Below are positions 20,702 to 30,689 of a DNA stretch of 64,000 nt, piece after piece. Origin of the DNA: an uncultured Gemmatimonadales bacterium (GTDB lineage: Bacteria; Gemmatimonadota; Gemmatimonadetes; Palauibacterales; Palauibacteraceae); contig CAWANJ010000001.1 of the NCBI GenBank assembly GCA_963783385.1, forward strand, positions 512,001 to 576,000. The letters are read 5' to 3'. Numbering within the stretch: the first letter of the stretch is position 1; every line of letters begins with the position of its first letter. A model generated the notes under the pieces. That model had not been told where the DNA came from. It saw nothing but the letters and a program-made list of their open reading frames with translations, and made no database searches. A program made the position numbers and the translations under genes.

Positions 20702-20735
20702 TCGGCCCCTCCGGGTGCGCGCGGCGAACCGCTTG

Positions 20736-22145
20736 TCACTGAGTGCAGGAATCCCGCGGGTCGTCGGGTACTGGCGATGAGTTGTTGCCCGTGCCCGCCT
20801 GGTCGATGTTGGTGTTGTTCTGCCTCTCCGCCGACGGATAGAACACCCGGTCGGGGATCTTCTCGCCGTTGTAGGGCGTGATCGCGGGCTGGCAGGTGCG
20901 CAGCCAGTCGCGCCATGTCTCGTGGTTGAGGAAGTCCGCGATATACTTCTGGGTCATGATCTCGTTGAACAACGCCGTGCCCGTGAGGGTGGCGATGTTG
21001 GTCTTGAACGAGCTCAGGTCGATGGGATACCCCAGCGACGCCCAGTAGTCCTCCTGACAGGTGAGCCCGTCCTGGGCCGCCTGCTGCGCCCCCGCCGTGT
21101 TGCTGGCCTCGTACTGGGCCTCGGCGATGATGAACTGGGTCTCGGAGCACGTGAGGATCGGCATCGAGTAGTCGGCCTGCCCCGGCACGTTGAGCTGCGA
21201 GGCATACGAGCTCGGATCGCCCGTCGGCGTGCCCGGAGGTGAACCCTGGTAGCCGCCGCCCACGCTGGCGTCCGCCTCCGTGAAGTAGATCGGCAGGCGA
21301 GGGTCGTTCATGGCGTTCAGCGTGTCGACCAGGAACGCTCCCGACGAGATGTAGCCGGAACGGTCGCTGTTGAACTGGAACCAGATGTTGTTCTCGGTCT
21401 TGGTGCTCGAGTTGATGGCCAGCCAGTTCCCGGCCGGATCCGAGATCCCCTGTTGCGCCTCGGTCAGCGCCTTGCCGTAGGCGGTGGGGTCCGTCGAGGC
21501 CAGGTGCATGTAGATGCGAGCCTTGAGGCTGTGCGCCACGGCCAGCCAGCTCTGGACATCGCCGCCGAAGTTGAAGTCGCTGGCGCCGGGGCCACCCCCA
21601 CCCTGCTGTAGATTGGCGATGGCGTTGTCCAGCGTCGTCTCGAGCTCGGTGTAGACGTCCAGCTGGCCGTCCAGCGGAGCATCGGCCTGCAGCGCCTGGC
21701 TGTAGGGCACGTCACCCCACGTGCTGGCCGCGAGCTCGATGTCCAGGGCCTCGTAGATCTGCAGGATGCCCTCGTAGGCGAAGCGCCCCGAGGAATCGGC
21801 CAACGCCTCGGCCTGCCTGAGGTCGACGAGCCCGCCTCCCTGGTAGATGCGCGCCCATTCGTTGTCGCCGGGCTGGTTCGCCTCGCTGATGTTGTACGCC
21901 GCGTACGTCGCGTACTGGCGGTCGGTGCCATCCATCTGCTGCGTCCAGATGGCGGCCATGCGGCTCAGATCACCTTCGTTGTCGAAGAACGTGCCCACCT
22001 GCGAGCTCACGAACAGCTGGTCAATCGTCGCGTTCGGAACGGCGTTCGGGTTCTGCGTGGTGGGGTTGATGTAGTCGCACCCCGTGAACGCTCCGGCCAA
22101 CACGGCGACGGCCAGCGCGGGCCCGGCCCATCGCTTGATCGTCAT
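20736..22145 (-). CDS. SusD/RagB-like lipoprotein (SusD2)
   Basis: Lipobox FTGC; TWGDVPYSQA; SLKARIYMH; ETQFIIAEA; IMTQKYIA; ETWRDWLRT; RVFYP. Confidence 0.9.
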   Translation of the reverse strand: MTIKRWAGPALAVAVLAGAFTGCDYINPTTQNPNAVPNATIDQLFVSSQVGTFFDNEGDLSRMAAIWTQQMDGTDRQYATYAAYNISEANQPGDNEWARIYQGGGLVDLRQAEALADSSGRFAYEGILQIYEALDIELAASTWGDVPYSQALQADAPLDGQLDVYTELETTLDNAIANLQQGGGGPGASDFNFGGDVQSWLAVAHSLKARIYMHLASTDPTAYGKALTEAQQGISDPAGNWLAINSSTKTENNIWFQFNSDRSGYISSGAFLVDTLNAMNDPRLPIYFTEADASVGGGYQGSPPGTPTGDPSSYASQLNVPGQADYSMPILTCSETQFIIAEAQYEASNTAGAQQAAQDGLTCQEDYWASLGYPIDLSSFKTNIATLTGTALFNEIMTQKYIADFLNHETWRDWLRTCQPAITPYNGEKIPDRVFYPSAERQNNTNIDQAGTGNNSSPVPDDPRDSCTQ

Positions 22146-22209
22146 CGTCGTTCGCTCCTTCATATCCCTGAGGCGTCGATTCGGAGTCATCGTCTCGGCT
22201 CGCATCCGT

Positions 22210-25200
22210 CTAGCGGACGTAGCTGACGGTGACGATCCAGGAGCGGACCTGCGGGTTCTGGAAGTAGTCCAGCCCGCGGCCCGTGGACTGCCCGGTCAGG
22301 TTCGTCTCCGGGTCGATGCCCGTGTAGTTGGTCCAGGTCTTGAGGTTGCGGCCGCTCAGCGCCAGCTCGATACGGTTCGCACCGAGCTTGCTCACCCAGT
22401 CCTGATTGAAGGTGTAGCGGACGGTGACGTCCCGCAGCTTCACGAAGCTCGCGTTCTCCATGAACTGCGAGGCCGGGCCCGTGAACCCGCTCCCGAGGTT
22501 GTTGAGCGCCCAGTCGGGCGTGAGGTTGACCTGCATCCCGGCTCCCGGGCCGGCACCCTGGAACGTGAAGTTCTGCCCGTCGCCAGGACATGGCGGAGCT
22601 CCACCGCTCTGGCAGTGCCACCCCGCGGTAGCGGCCGGCTTGCCGAAGTAGGTCAGCGCGCCTCTCGTCCCGTTCCACATCATGGCTCCGTGGGAGACGT
22701 CGACGAGTCCGGTAATCGTGAGGTTGTTCATCACGTGGAACGTGTTCCGGAAGCTGGCCGTCCAGCTCGGGTTGGGATCACCGATCGTCCGGAAGCTCGG
22801 GTCGTAGACCGGGTACCCATCGGGGCCGATGTACAGCTGGCCGGGCTTGGCGTTGGGGAAGGCATTGTCGATGTTCACACCGCCGACGGTGATTCCCCGT
22901 CCGAAGCGGACGAAGTCGTCGCCGTAGATCTCGCCGAACGGGCAGGGATCGGTCTGCGTCGGACCGCACTGGTTGGCGAGCACCGCCGCGTACGGATCCG
23001 TGAATCCGGCCAGGAAAATGTTGCTGGCCCCGGGCAACGCCAGGACCTGGCTCCGGTTCCGCGACCACTGGGCGTTGAGCTGCCACGAGAAGTCGCTCGT
23101 CCGGATCGGCGTGAAGTCCGCCGAGATCTCGATGCCCTTGTTTCGGAAGGACGCCGCGTTCTCGTATCGGGCGGAGTAACCCGAGCTCGGAGCCAGGGGG
23201 ACGCTCAGGATGGCGTCGGTGGTCTTCTGGTAGTAGTACGTCCCGCTCAGCGTGAGACGGTTGTCCAGGAACGAGAGGTCCAGTCCGCCCTCGTACTCGC
23301 GGGTGCGCTCGGGAGCGATGTCCGTGTTACCCAGCGTCCCCTGCGAGATGACGCCCGTCTCGCCCCGGTAGATCGTCTGCAGGCCCGAGGAGACCCAGCC
23401 GTCGCCGTAGCTGCTCGTCTGGAACGCGTTCACGTTCGAGTAGATCGGCGGCGCCTTGGCGGCCTCGCCGTAGGCGAAGTGCAGCTTCCCGTAGTTGAGC
23501 CAGCCCACGTTGTCGAAGGCCGGGAGCTTGGTGAACTCCCACGCCAGCTGGGCCGACGGGTAGGTGAAGCGCTTCCCGTTGCCGCCGAAGGTCGAGGAAC
23601 CCTCGTTGTTGACGCTCCCCGTGAGGAAGAGCTGGTTGTAGAGGTCCAGGTGGCCCTCGGCGTAGTACCGGTCCGCGCGTGTCTTGGCCACGTAATCGTT
23701 CGGGACCTGCTTCACGGTCGACTGAAGCTGGTCGGTCCCGTAGATGAGGTTGTTGCCCTCGATGGCGAGGTTGTTCGTCTTGCTCTGGTGGATGTTCTGA
23801 CCGAGCGTCAGGCTCGCCGACACATCCGGCGTGAAGTCGTGCTGCAAGGTACCGGTCAGGATGTTGTCGACATCGAAGGCGTTGTAGTTCGCCTTGATGA
23901 CGCCGCCATCCAGGTAGTTGTCGGAGCTCTTCGGAAACAGCTCCAGATCGCGGGTCTGAGAATAGTCCGCCCCGAAGGTCTCCGAGAAGGTCAGCCATGG
24001 GAACGGATTGTAGTCCGCCCGGATGTTCCCGAACGTGTGCCCCACGTTGGACGTGTTCCGGATCACCTTGGCGATCCAGAACGGGTTGTCGTACCCACGC
24101 GGCTCGGTCAGCGTGGTCGGGTCCGGGTTCCGGTAGGACCGCTGTAGCCCGCCCGCCGTCAGGTAGTTGGCGTTGTTGAACTCGGGCGGGGTCCTGAGCG
24201 CGGCCAGCAGGAGGCCGCTGATGTTCGAGCCCTGCTGCACGAGCGACAGGTCCTGGTTCGTATAGGCGAAGTTGCCGCTCAGGGTCAGGTTGTTGATCAC
24301 GTTGTGCGACGCCTTCAGCCTCACCGTGGCCTTCTTGGCGCTGTGCGGGCCGATGATGTAGGACTGATCGTCGTTGAAGCCCGCCGACATGAAGTAGGTC
24401 GTGGCCTCGCCGCCGCCCGACAGGGTGATGTCGTTGTCGAACCGGTTGGCGGTCTGGAAGAGCTCGTGCGCGTGGTCGAACACGTCCTTGCCCACGACGC
24501 AGTTCGGCGCGCAGGCCAGCTTGGGACCCCAGCTCGTGCTGCCGAGCTGCCCGAAGGACGTCTGCAGCGGCGGCATCTTGTTGACCTGGTCCCACGTATA
24601 CGTGCTCTTCACCGTGAGGCGCGTCGCGCCAGACTGCCCGGACTTCGTCGGTGATGAGCACGACCCCGTTGGCGCCATCGGAACCATACAGCGACGTGGC
24701 CGCGGGACCCTTGAGGATCTGCACGCTGGCGACGTCATTGGGGTTGATGTCGGAGGCGCGGTTCTGGGTGACGGTGCCGCCGACACTTCCATTGACGAAG
24801 TCGGGGTTGCTCGAACTGTTGTTGATCGGCGTCCCGTCCACCACGATCAGCGGCTGGTTGCTGCCGTTCAGCGTCCTGAAGCCGCGGATGTGGATGTAGG
24901 TGCCGGCCCCGGGCTCTCCGCCCGAGCTCGTCACCTGCACGTTCGGAGCCTTGCCGGCCAGGGCGTCGATGATGTTGGTCGCCCGGCTGTTGACGATCGC
25001 GGAGGAGTCCACGGTGTTGATGGTGGCCCCCACGCGGGCTCGCGTGGTCTGCGTGCCCTGGCCGGTGGCCACGATCGCTTCGAGCTGGAGCGGGCTGAAC
25101 GCCAGCGCGAAATCGTGCGAGATCGTGCCGGCCTGCAGCGTGATCGTCGCGGAGACCGATCGGTAGCTGAGTAGCGAGGCCGTGACGACGACCGACTGGC

Positions 25201-25456
25201 CCTGCACGCGCAATGCCGGGATGGTCAAGCTGTAGTTACCGTCCTGGTCTGCGATCGTGCCGAGGCCCAGCGATTTGATCTGGATCGTGGCACTTGCGAG
25301 TGGCTTGCCGTTCTGGTCGGCCACCTTGCCGGTGATGACCATCGCCTGCTGCGCGTGCAGCGGCGCGGTCGTCCCGACCGCGATTCCGGCGGCCATGAGG
25401 ACGGCGAGCGCCGCCCCCAGCAGGCTCCGAACGCGGTTGGACAGGTGAGGACACAT
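22210..25456 (-). CDS. SusC/RagA TonB-dependent transporter (SusC2), one apparent frameshift near 24650
   Basis: N-part in ORF 23327-25483 (IHIRG, PLIVVDG, LKGPAATSLYGSDGANGVVLIT). C-part in ORF 22210-24792 (TKSG, IAPE, GIDPE). One extra C splits ...VLITTKSG. Confidence 0.9.
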
Positions 25457-25721
25457 CGAGCACCCTCCTGTGGCGTGAGACACTGTCGGGTCGGCGGCGA
25501 GGCTCGCTGTCCTGTGAGCGGGCCCCGAACCGCTACCCGTACTGCGAATCTTCTGGCGCTGTCACCGCCCGCCAACGCGGCGGGACGGATCTTCGGGGAG
25601 CCGTTCGCTCCTCGGCCGTCAGTGCCAGTCGGACGGATCTCCTTGCGACGCGGTCAGTTTCGGTCTTCCCCCATTTCCATCTCGTTCGTCGTCGTGTAAC
25701 GGCTCCGTCACACTGGTTTCT

Positions 25722-25751
25722 GTTATAGATGATGCGCGTCCTTCCTGTCAA
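25722..25751 (-). promoter_or_regulatory. Putative sigma70 promoter for SusC2
   Basis: Minus strand TTGACA-18 bp-TATAAC in an AT-richer intergenic region. Confidence 0.6.
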
Positions 25752-25939
25752 GCGATGACGTCGTTCGTCGCGCCCCGACGTCGAGTCATCGTGTGAGACC
25801 GCGCGATGACCGCCAAATTCGGGCGTACGCCAGAATGTAGGTGAGACTAAGAGTATTGAATTACAACAATGTAAAACCAGAAAAAGCGGTCTTCGAAGGG
25901 GAGCGTAAAGCGGAAAAGACCCCGGGAGGAAGACCGGCC

Positions 25940-25964
25940 CGGGGGGCGCGGGACGCGCCCCCCG
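25940..25964 (-). terminator. Stem-loop downstream of SusD3
   Basis: CGGGGGGCGCG-GGA-CGCGCCCCCCG perfect 11-bp stem 15 bp after the stop. Confidence 0.55.
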
Positions 25965-25979
25965 TGACCGGACCGGTGG

Positions 25980-27408
25980 TCAGCAACCCGAGGTGGTGGT
26001 CAGGTTCGGATTGTTGTCGACCTCCTGCTTGGGAATCGGCAGGCTGGTCCCGTCGCCCTGCGTGCCGGCGGGATAGAGATCCACGCCGTCCCTGGCCCGG
26101 AAGCGCCGCAGGGTGCCCTGGCGCTGTCCGGACAGCCACAGACCGGCGGCGCGGGCGCGCGCCAGCTGCGGCAGGTCGTCGGCCAGCGTCCCGTCGAAGC
26201 TGACGGGAGCGAAGGCGCCCATGGCCGGCAGCGTGGTGCCGCCGACGCCCGCGTGCGGCCCGGCCAGAGCCGGGTTCACCACCAGCATCGGGTTGTTCGC
26301 CTGCGCGGCGTCGGTGAGCAGCGCGTTGACCCGGTTCTGGGCCGCCGCGGTCTGCCCGTTCCGCAACTCGCTCTCGGCGATGATCATCTGAGCTTCCCAG
26401 CCGGAGGCGAGCAGGATCGGGACTCGCTGCGCCGTCGTACAGGTGCTGGAGGACGATCGCGTTGACGCCCACGTCGACGGGCTTGAGTCCCGGTGGGCTC
26501 ACCTGGAGCAGTCCCTGGTTCTCCCACTCCTGGAGGTACGACCACTTCTCGTGGTGCCGGTTGCTCGACAGCGAGTCACCCACCGTCCACCGCAGCGACA
26601 GGTTGCACACGCCGCGCGTGTAGCCGTAGACGTCGTTGCACTGGGCGTTGGTGTTGGACGAATACTCCGACAGGTAGGTGAAGTCCGTCGGGACGTTCTG
26701 GACGAGCGCCGCGGCCGCCGCGTAGTCCGCCGGGCTGCTGGCCAGATACACCTGGGCCCGCGCCTGCCCGACGACGGCCGCCATCTCCACGTCCGACATG
26801 CCGGCCGCCTGCGCCGACGTCTCGGCGTCCTGGAACTTCTGCAGCGCCGCCTGCGCGGCCTCCGCGGGCGTCACCGCGGCCGCCCGGTCCTCGATCACGG
26901 CCTGGCAATAGAACTCCGCCAGGAATTCCCGGTCGTACCCGCCGTACAGGTCCGAGAGGGCGATCCCCTGCTTGAGCTGGTCCTGCACGTCCGAGAAGTC
27001 GGGATCCTGCAGGTCCGCACGGAAGTTGGTCGAGCCCGTGTCGGCCGAGGCCCGCGACACCTGCAGCGGGCTCCACACGTCGTCGGTGACCGTGCCGTTG
27101 TCGTAGGTCACGTTGCGCTCGTCCACGTCGATCCGCGACGGGAACGTCCCCGACAGGATGAATTCGTCCGTGAACAGCCCGGTGTAGAGGGCGTATCCCT
27201 CGAAAGCGTTCTGGAAGTCCCCGACGAGGCCGTTGATCTGGTTGGGAAGCCCGGCGGCTCCCCCGACCTGGCTCGGCGTCACCACGTTCGGGTCCTTGAC
27301 GTCCAGCAGCCCGCCGTGGCACGCCACCGCGGCCGCCGAAGCGACCACCGCCAGCACCACGAGGAGCCGTCCGGGCGACCCGATCCTTCTGCGTATGTTC
27401 GAGAGCAT
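25980..27408 (-). CDS. SusD/RagB-like lipoprotein (SusD3), one apparent frameshift near 26420
   Basis: Lipobox AVAC; FTDEF. After removing one C it reads SPILLASGWEAQMIIAESEL...LWLSGQRQGTLRR...LPIPKQEVDNNPNL. Confidence 0.85.
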
Positions 27409-27427
27409 GGCTCGCTCCTCCCTCATC

Positions 27428-30400
27428 TTAGAAGGTCACCGACAGACGACCCGAGAACGACCGCGCCGGAGGCAGCGTCCACAGCTGGGCGCGTGTGAAC
27501 GAGGCGCCGCCGGCCCAGTTCACCTCGGGGTCGGTGCCGGGATAGTTCGTGAAGGTCGCCAGGTTGTTGCCCGACAGCGTGATGGCGGCGCTCGAGAACG
27601 GTAGCCGCCGCACGAGAGACTCGGGCAGGTCGACACGCAGCGAGATCGTGCGAATCTTGGCGTAGTTGGCGCTGTAGATGAACGGCGTCTCCACGCCGGC
27701 TCCCGCCGCGGTGTCCTTGATCTTCGCCTGGTCCGTCAGATTGCCGCTGGCGTCCGTCTGGAAGATCGCAGGACAGGTCCCGAACTGGTCCCCGCCGCCG
27801 AACAGCCCGCAGCTGAAGGACTCGAGGCCATTGTCCAGCTTGTTGCCGCCGGAGAAGTCGAGGAGCCCGTACAGGGTGACGTTGTCGAACAGAGTCAGGG
27901 TGGAAGACACCGAGCCGAACCACTTGGGCGTCGGCGTGCCGAGGAACACGGCCGTGTCCCCGATGGTCACGGTGCCGCTCCCGTCGATCGACACCGGGCG
28001 CGCGAAGTAGGCGCCCGCCGGGAAGCCTTGCTGGTGCCGCTGGTCGCCGAACACGATCGGCTCGGGCAGCTTCGTCACCTTGTTGGTGTTGGTGGAGAAG
28101 TTCACCCGCCACGCCCACTGGACGTTGTCCATCTGCACCGGGATCCCCGTCACGCCGACCTCGATCCCCTTGTTGCTGAGCTCGCCCACGTTGACGAAGC
28201 GGGCCGAGGTGCTCGGGAAGCCGGTCGACGGCGCCTCCTGGCGCTGCACGATGGCGTCCTTGGTCTTCTGGGTGTAGTAGGTCACCTGCAGGTTCAGCCG
28301 GCTGTCCAGCATGCTGGCGTCGAAGCCGACCTCGAGCTCCTGGCCCGTCTCCGGCTTCAGGCTGTCGTTCCCGGGCTGGTTGGCCGTCACGCCGAGCAGA
28401 TCCTGGCCGTTCCGCGACACCGCGATCGGCGACAGGAGCGCCAGCGCGTCCTCGGTGCCCGGCTGCTTGCCGGACTCTCCCCAGGCGCTGCGCAGCTTGA
28501 ACTGCTGAAAGAAGGTGGGGAACCAGCTCTCGTCGCTCAGAATCCACGAGAACTGGAGCTGCGGGTAGGCCTTGAGGCCCAGTTCGGAGCCGAAGGCACT
28601 GTTGTCGTCCAGGCGGAGGGCCGGCGTCAGGAAGACCCGGTCCTTCCAGCTCAGCTGCTCCTGCCCGAACACGCCGGCCGTCTTGACCTCGGCGAAGGTG
28701 TCGGAGCCCTCGTTGGTCACGGCGTTGCTCACCGCGGGCGAGCCGGCCGTGAAGTGGCGGCCGATGGCCTCCGTCTGCTGCGTGGTCTGCCGCACCCACT
28801 GGCCGCCCACCGTCGTGGTGCTCGTGATGTCGGGGGTCAGGTCCGCGACCACGCTCGAGGTGGCGTCCAGCGTGATGTCACGCGTGACGCCGTAGATCTT
28901 GTCGACCAGCCCCAGGGACTGGTCTCCGAACGGCAGTGACGGGTCCACCGGCACGATCTGGTTGGTCCGCGCCGAGTGGGAGTCGTAGCCCACCGTGACC
29001 CGGTTCGTCCAGAAGGACATGGGCCGGTAGGTGAAGTTCACGCTGCCGGTGAAGCGCTCCACGGACTGGTTGTTCTGGCGAGAGAAGAGCTTCTGCATCG
29101 AGTTCGGCACGGCGACGAAGTAGGGACTGTCGCACAGGTTGTTCGTGGCGTCCTGCAGCGAGGACCCCGTGGCCAACGCGTACTCGTACGCCAGGAAGCA
29201 GCTCTGGACCGCCGCGCCGCCACTGGTCGGGTCGGGACGCTTGATCGGCCCCCAGAACGAGGTCCCGAGCGCGTTCCCGACCACGCCGAACAGGTTGTCG
29301 TCGTTCTCGGGCAGCGCGGTCGTGCTGCTCACGTAGCCCGTGTTGACGCTGATGTCCACCTTCTCGGACGGGTGCGCTGACAGGTTGGCGCGCCCGTTGT
29401 AGCGCTCGACCGAGTTCGACGGCAGGTCGCCCTGGTCGTTCCGGTACTCGCCCGACAGGTAATAGCCGAGGTTCGACTCGCCGCCCCGGATCGAGGCCCC
29501 GTAGTTGCCCATGTACCCCGTGCGGAAGGGCGACTTGAAGGGGCCGGCGCCTTCCAGGAGGTTGACGTCGTACACGGTGTCATGAACCGGAGCCACGCCG
29601 GTGAGGATCTGGAGGCCGAGCCCCTTGGCCGGATCCCACGCCATCGACCACCAGTTGGTGGCATCCCAATTGGCCCCCTGCTCGGTCCACAGGCTGTAGC
29701 GGGTCTGTCCCGACTGGCCCTTCTTGGTCGTGATGCGGATCACGCCCCCCGAAGCCTCGGTGCCGTACAGCGCGGCCGCAGCCGGTCCTTTCACGACCTC
29801 GATGCTGGCGATGTCCTCCGGGTTGATGTCGTTGAGGCGGGTATAGTCCTGGCCGCCCACGCCGCCGGCCACGGCGTTGTTGTTGTCGATGCGCGCGCCG
29901 TCCACGTACACGATCGGCGTGTTGCTCAGGCCGAGGGTGGTAGCGCCACGGATCTTGATGTCGGAGGCCGTGCCCAGGGAACCGGAGCTCTGCCGGATCG
30001 TGACGCCCGTGACGCGGCCCTGCAGGAGCTGCGTGAAGTCGGCGCTCGGCTGCTTCTGGGTCTCCTGTGCCACGTCCAGGGTGCTGACGGCGTTCCCCAG
30101 CTCCTTGGTGCGCTGGGTGCCGGTCGCCGTCACGACCACCTCCTCCAGCGACACGGCCGACACGCCGAGCTGGAAGTCGGTGGTGGCCACGCCGCCCTCG
30201 GTCACGGTGATCGTCTTGGACGCCTGCTCGTAGCCGATGAGCCGCACCCTCACCTCGTGCTGCCCGGCGGGCACATCGGTGATCGTGTAGTGCCCATTGG
30301 GATCGGCGAGGGCCCCGAGCTGGGTGCCAACGACGATCACCTGCGCGCCCGAGAGTGGGCTGAGGTTGGTCGCGTCGACGACCCGGCCCTGGACCGTGCC

Positions 30401-30508
30401 CGTGCCCTGGGCGACGGCCGCCGCGCCGAGCGGCAGCGCGCCGAGGACGAGGGCGGCCAGGCCGGCGACCAGGAGTCGCATGGCTCTGTACGACGAAGTC
30501 TGGAGCAT
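27428..30508 (-). CDS. SusC/RagA TonB-dependent transporter (SusC3), intact
   Basis: Signal, CarboxypepD_reg, IKIRG, PIVYVDG, VKGPAAAALYGTEASGGVIRITTK, LKPE, GTDPE, terminal F. Confidence 0.93.
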   Translation of the reverse strand: MLQTSSYRAMRLLVAGLAALVLGALPLGAAAVAQGTGTVQGRVVDATNLSPLSGAQVIVVGTQLGALADPNGHYTITDVPAGQHEVRVRLIGYEQASKTITVTEGGVATTDFQLGVSAVSLEEVVVTATGTQRTKELGNAVSTLDVAQETQKQPSADFTQLLQGRVTGVTIRQSSGSLGTASDIKIRGATTLGLSNTPIVYVDGARIDNNNAVAGGVGGQDYTRLNDINPEDIASIEVVKGPAAAALYGTEASGGVIRITTKKGQSGQTRYSLWTEQGANWDATNWWSMAWDPAKGLGLQILTGVAPVHDTVYDVNLLEGAGPFKSPFRTGYMGNYGASIRGGESNLGYYLSGEYRNDQGDLPSNSVERYNGRANLSAHPSEKVDISVNTGYVSSTTALPENDDNLFGVVGNALGTSFWGPIKRPDPTSGGAAVQSCFLAYEYALATGSSLQDATNNLCDSPYFVAVPNSMQKLFSRQNNQSVERFTGSVNFTYRPMSFWTNRVTVGYDSHSARTNQIVPVDPSLPFGDQSLGLVDKIYGVTRDITLDATSSVVADLTPDITSTTTVGGQWVRQTTQQTEAIGRHFTAGSPAVSNAVTNEGSDTFAEVKTAGVFGQEQLSWKDRVFLTPALRLDDNSAFGSELGLKAYPQLQFSWILSDESWFPTFFQQFKLRSAWGESGKQPGTEDALALLSPIAVSRNGQDLLGVTANQPGNDSLKPETGQELEVGFDASMLDSRLNLQVTYYTQKTKDAIVQRQEAPSTGFPSTSARFVNVGELSNKGIEVGVTGIPVQMDNVQWAWRVNFSTNTNKVTKLPEPIVFGDQRHQQGFPAGAYFARPVSIDGSGTVTIGDTAVFLGTPTPKWFGSVSSTLTLFDNVTLYGLLDFSGGNKLDNGLESFSCGLFGGGDQFGTCPAIFQTDASGNLTDQAKIKDTAAGAGVETPFIYSANYAKIRTISLRVDLPESLVRRLPFSSAAITLSGNNLATFTNYPGTDPEVNWAGGASFTRAQLWTLPPARSFSGRLSVTF

Positions 30509-30689
30509 CACGGCACCTCCCTGGTTGGAGAGGACGCCAGGTGGCGCGTCCCCTTTGTGCCCGGTCCCGCTGGAGCGCGGGACCGTCGGTCTCACGGCGT
30601 GAACCCGAGTACGTGGACGTGTCGAATATTTTGCGTCCGGACCTTAGCGTCGACCCGTCCGGTAGCGACGCGTCGACCCGGCCGGCGCC

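Noticed and set aside
15181-27408. Programmed frameshifting or phase variation in susC/susD
   Set aside because: There are no slippery heptamers or long repeats at the shift sites, and similar indels also hit housekeeping genes.
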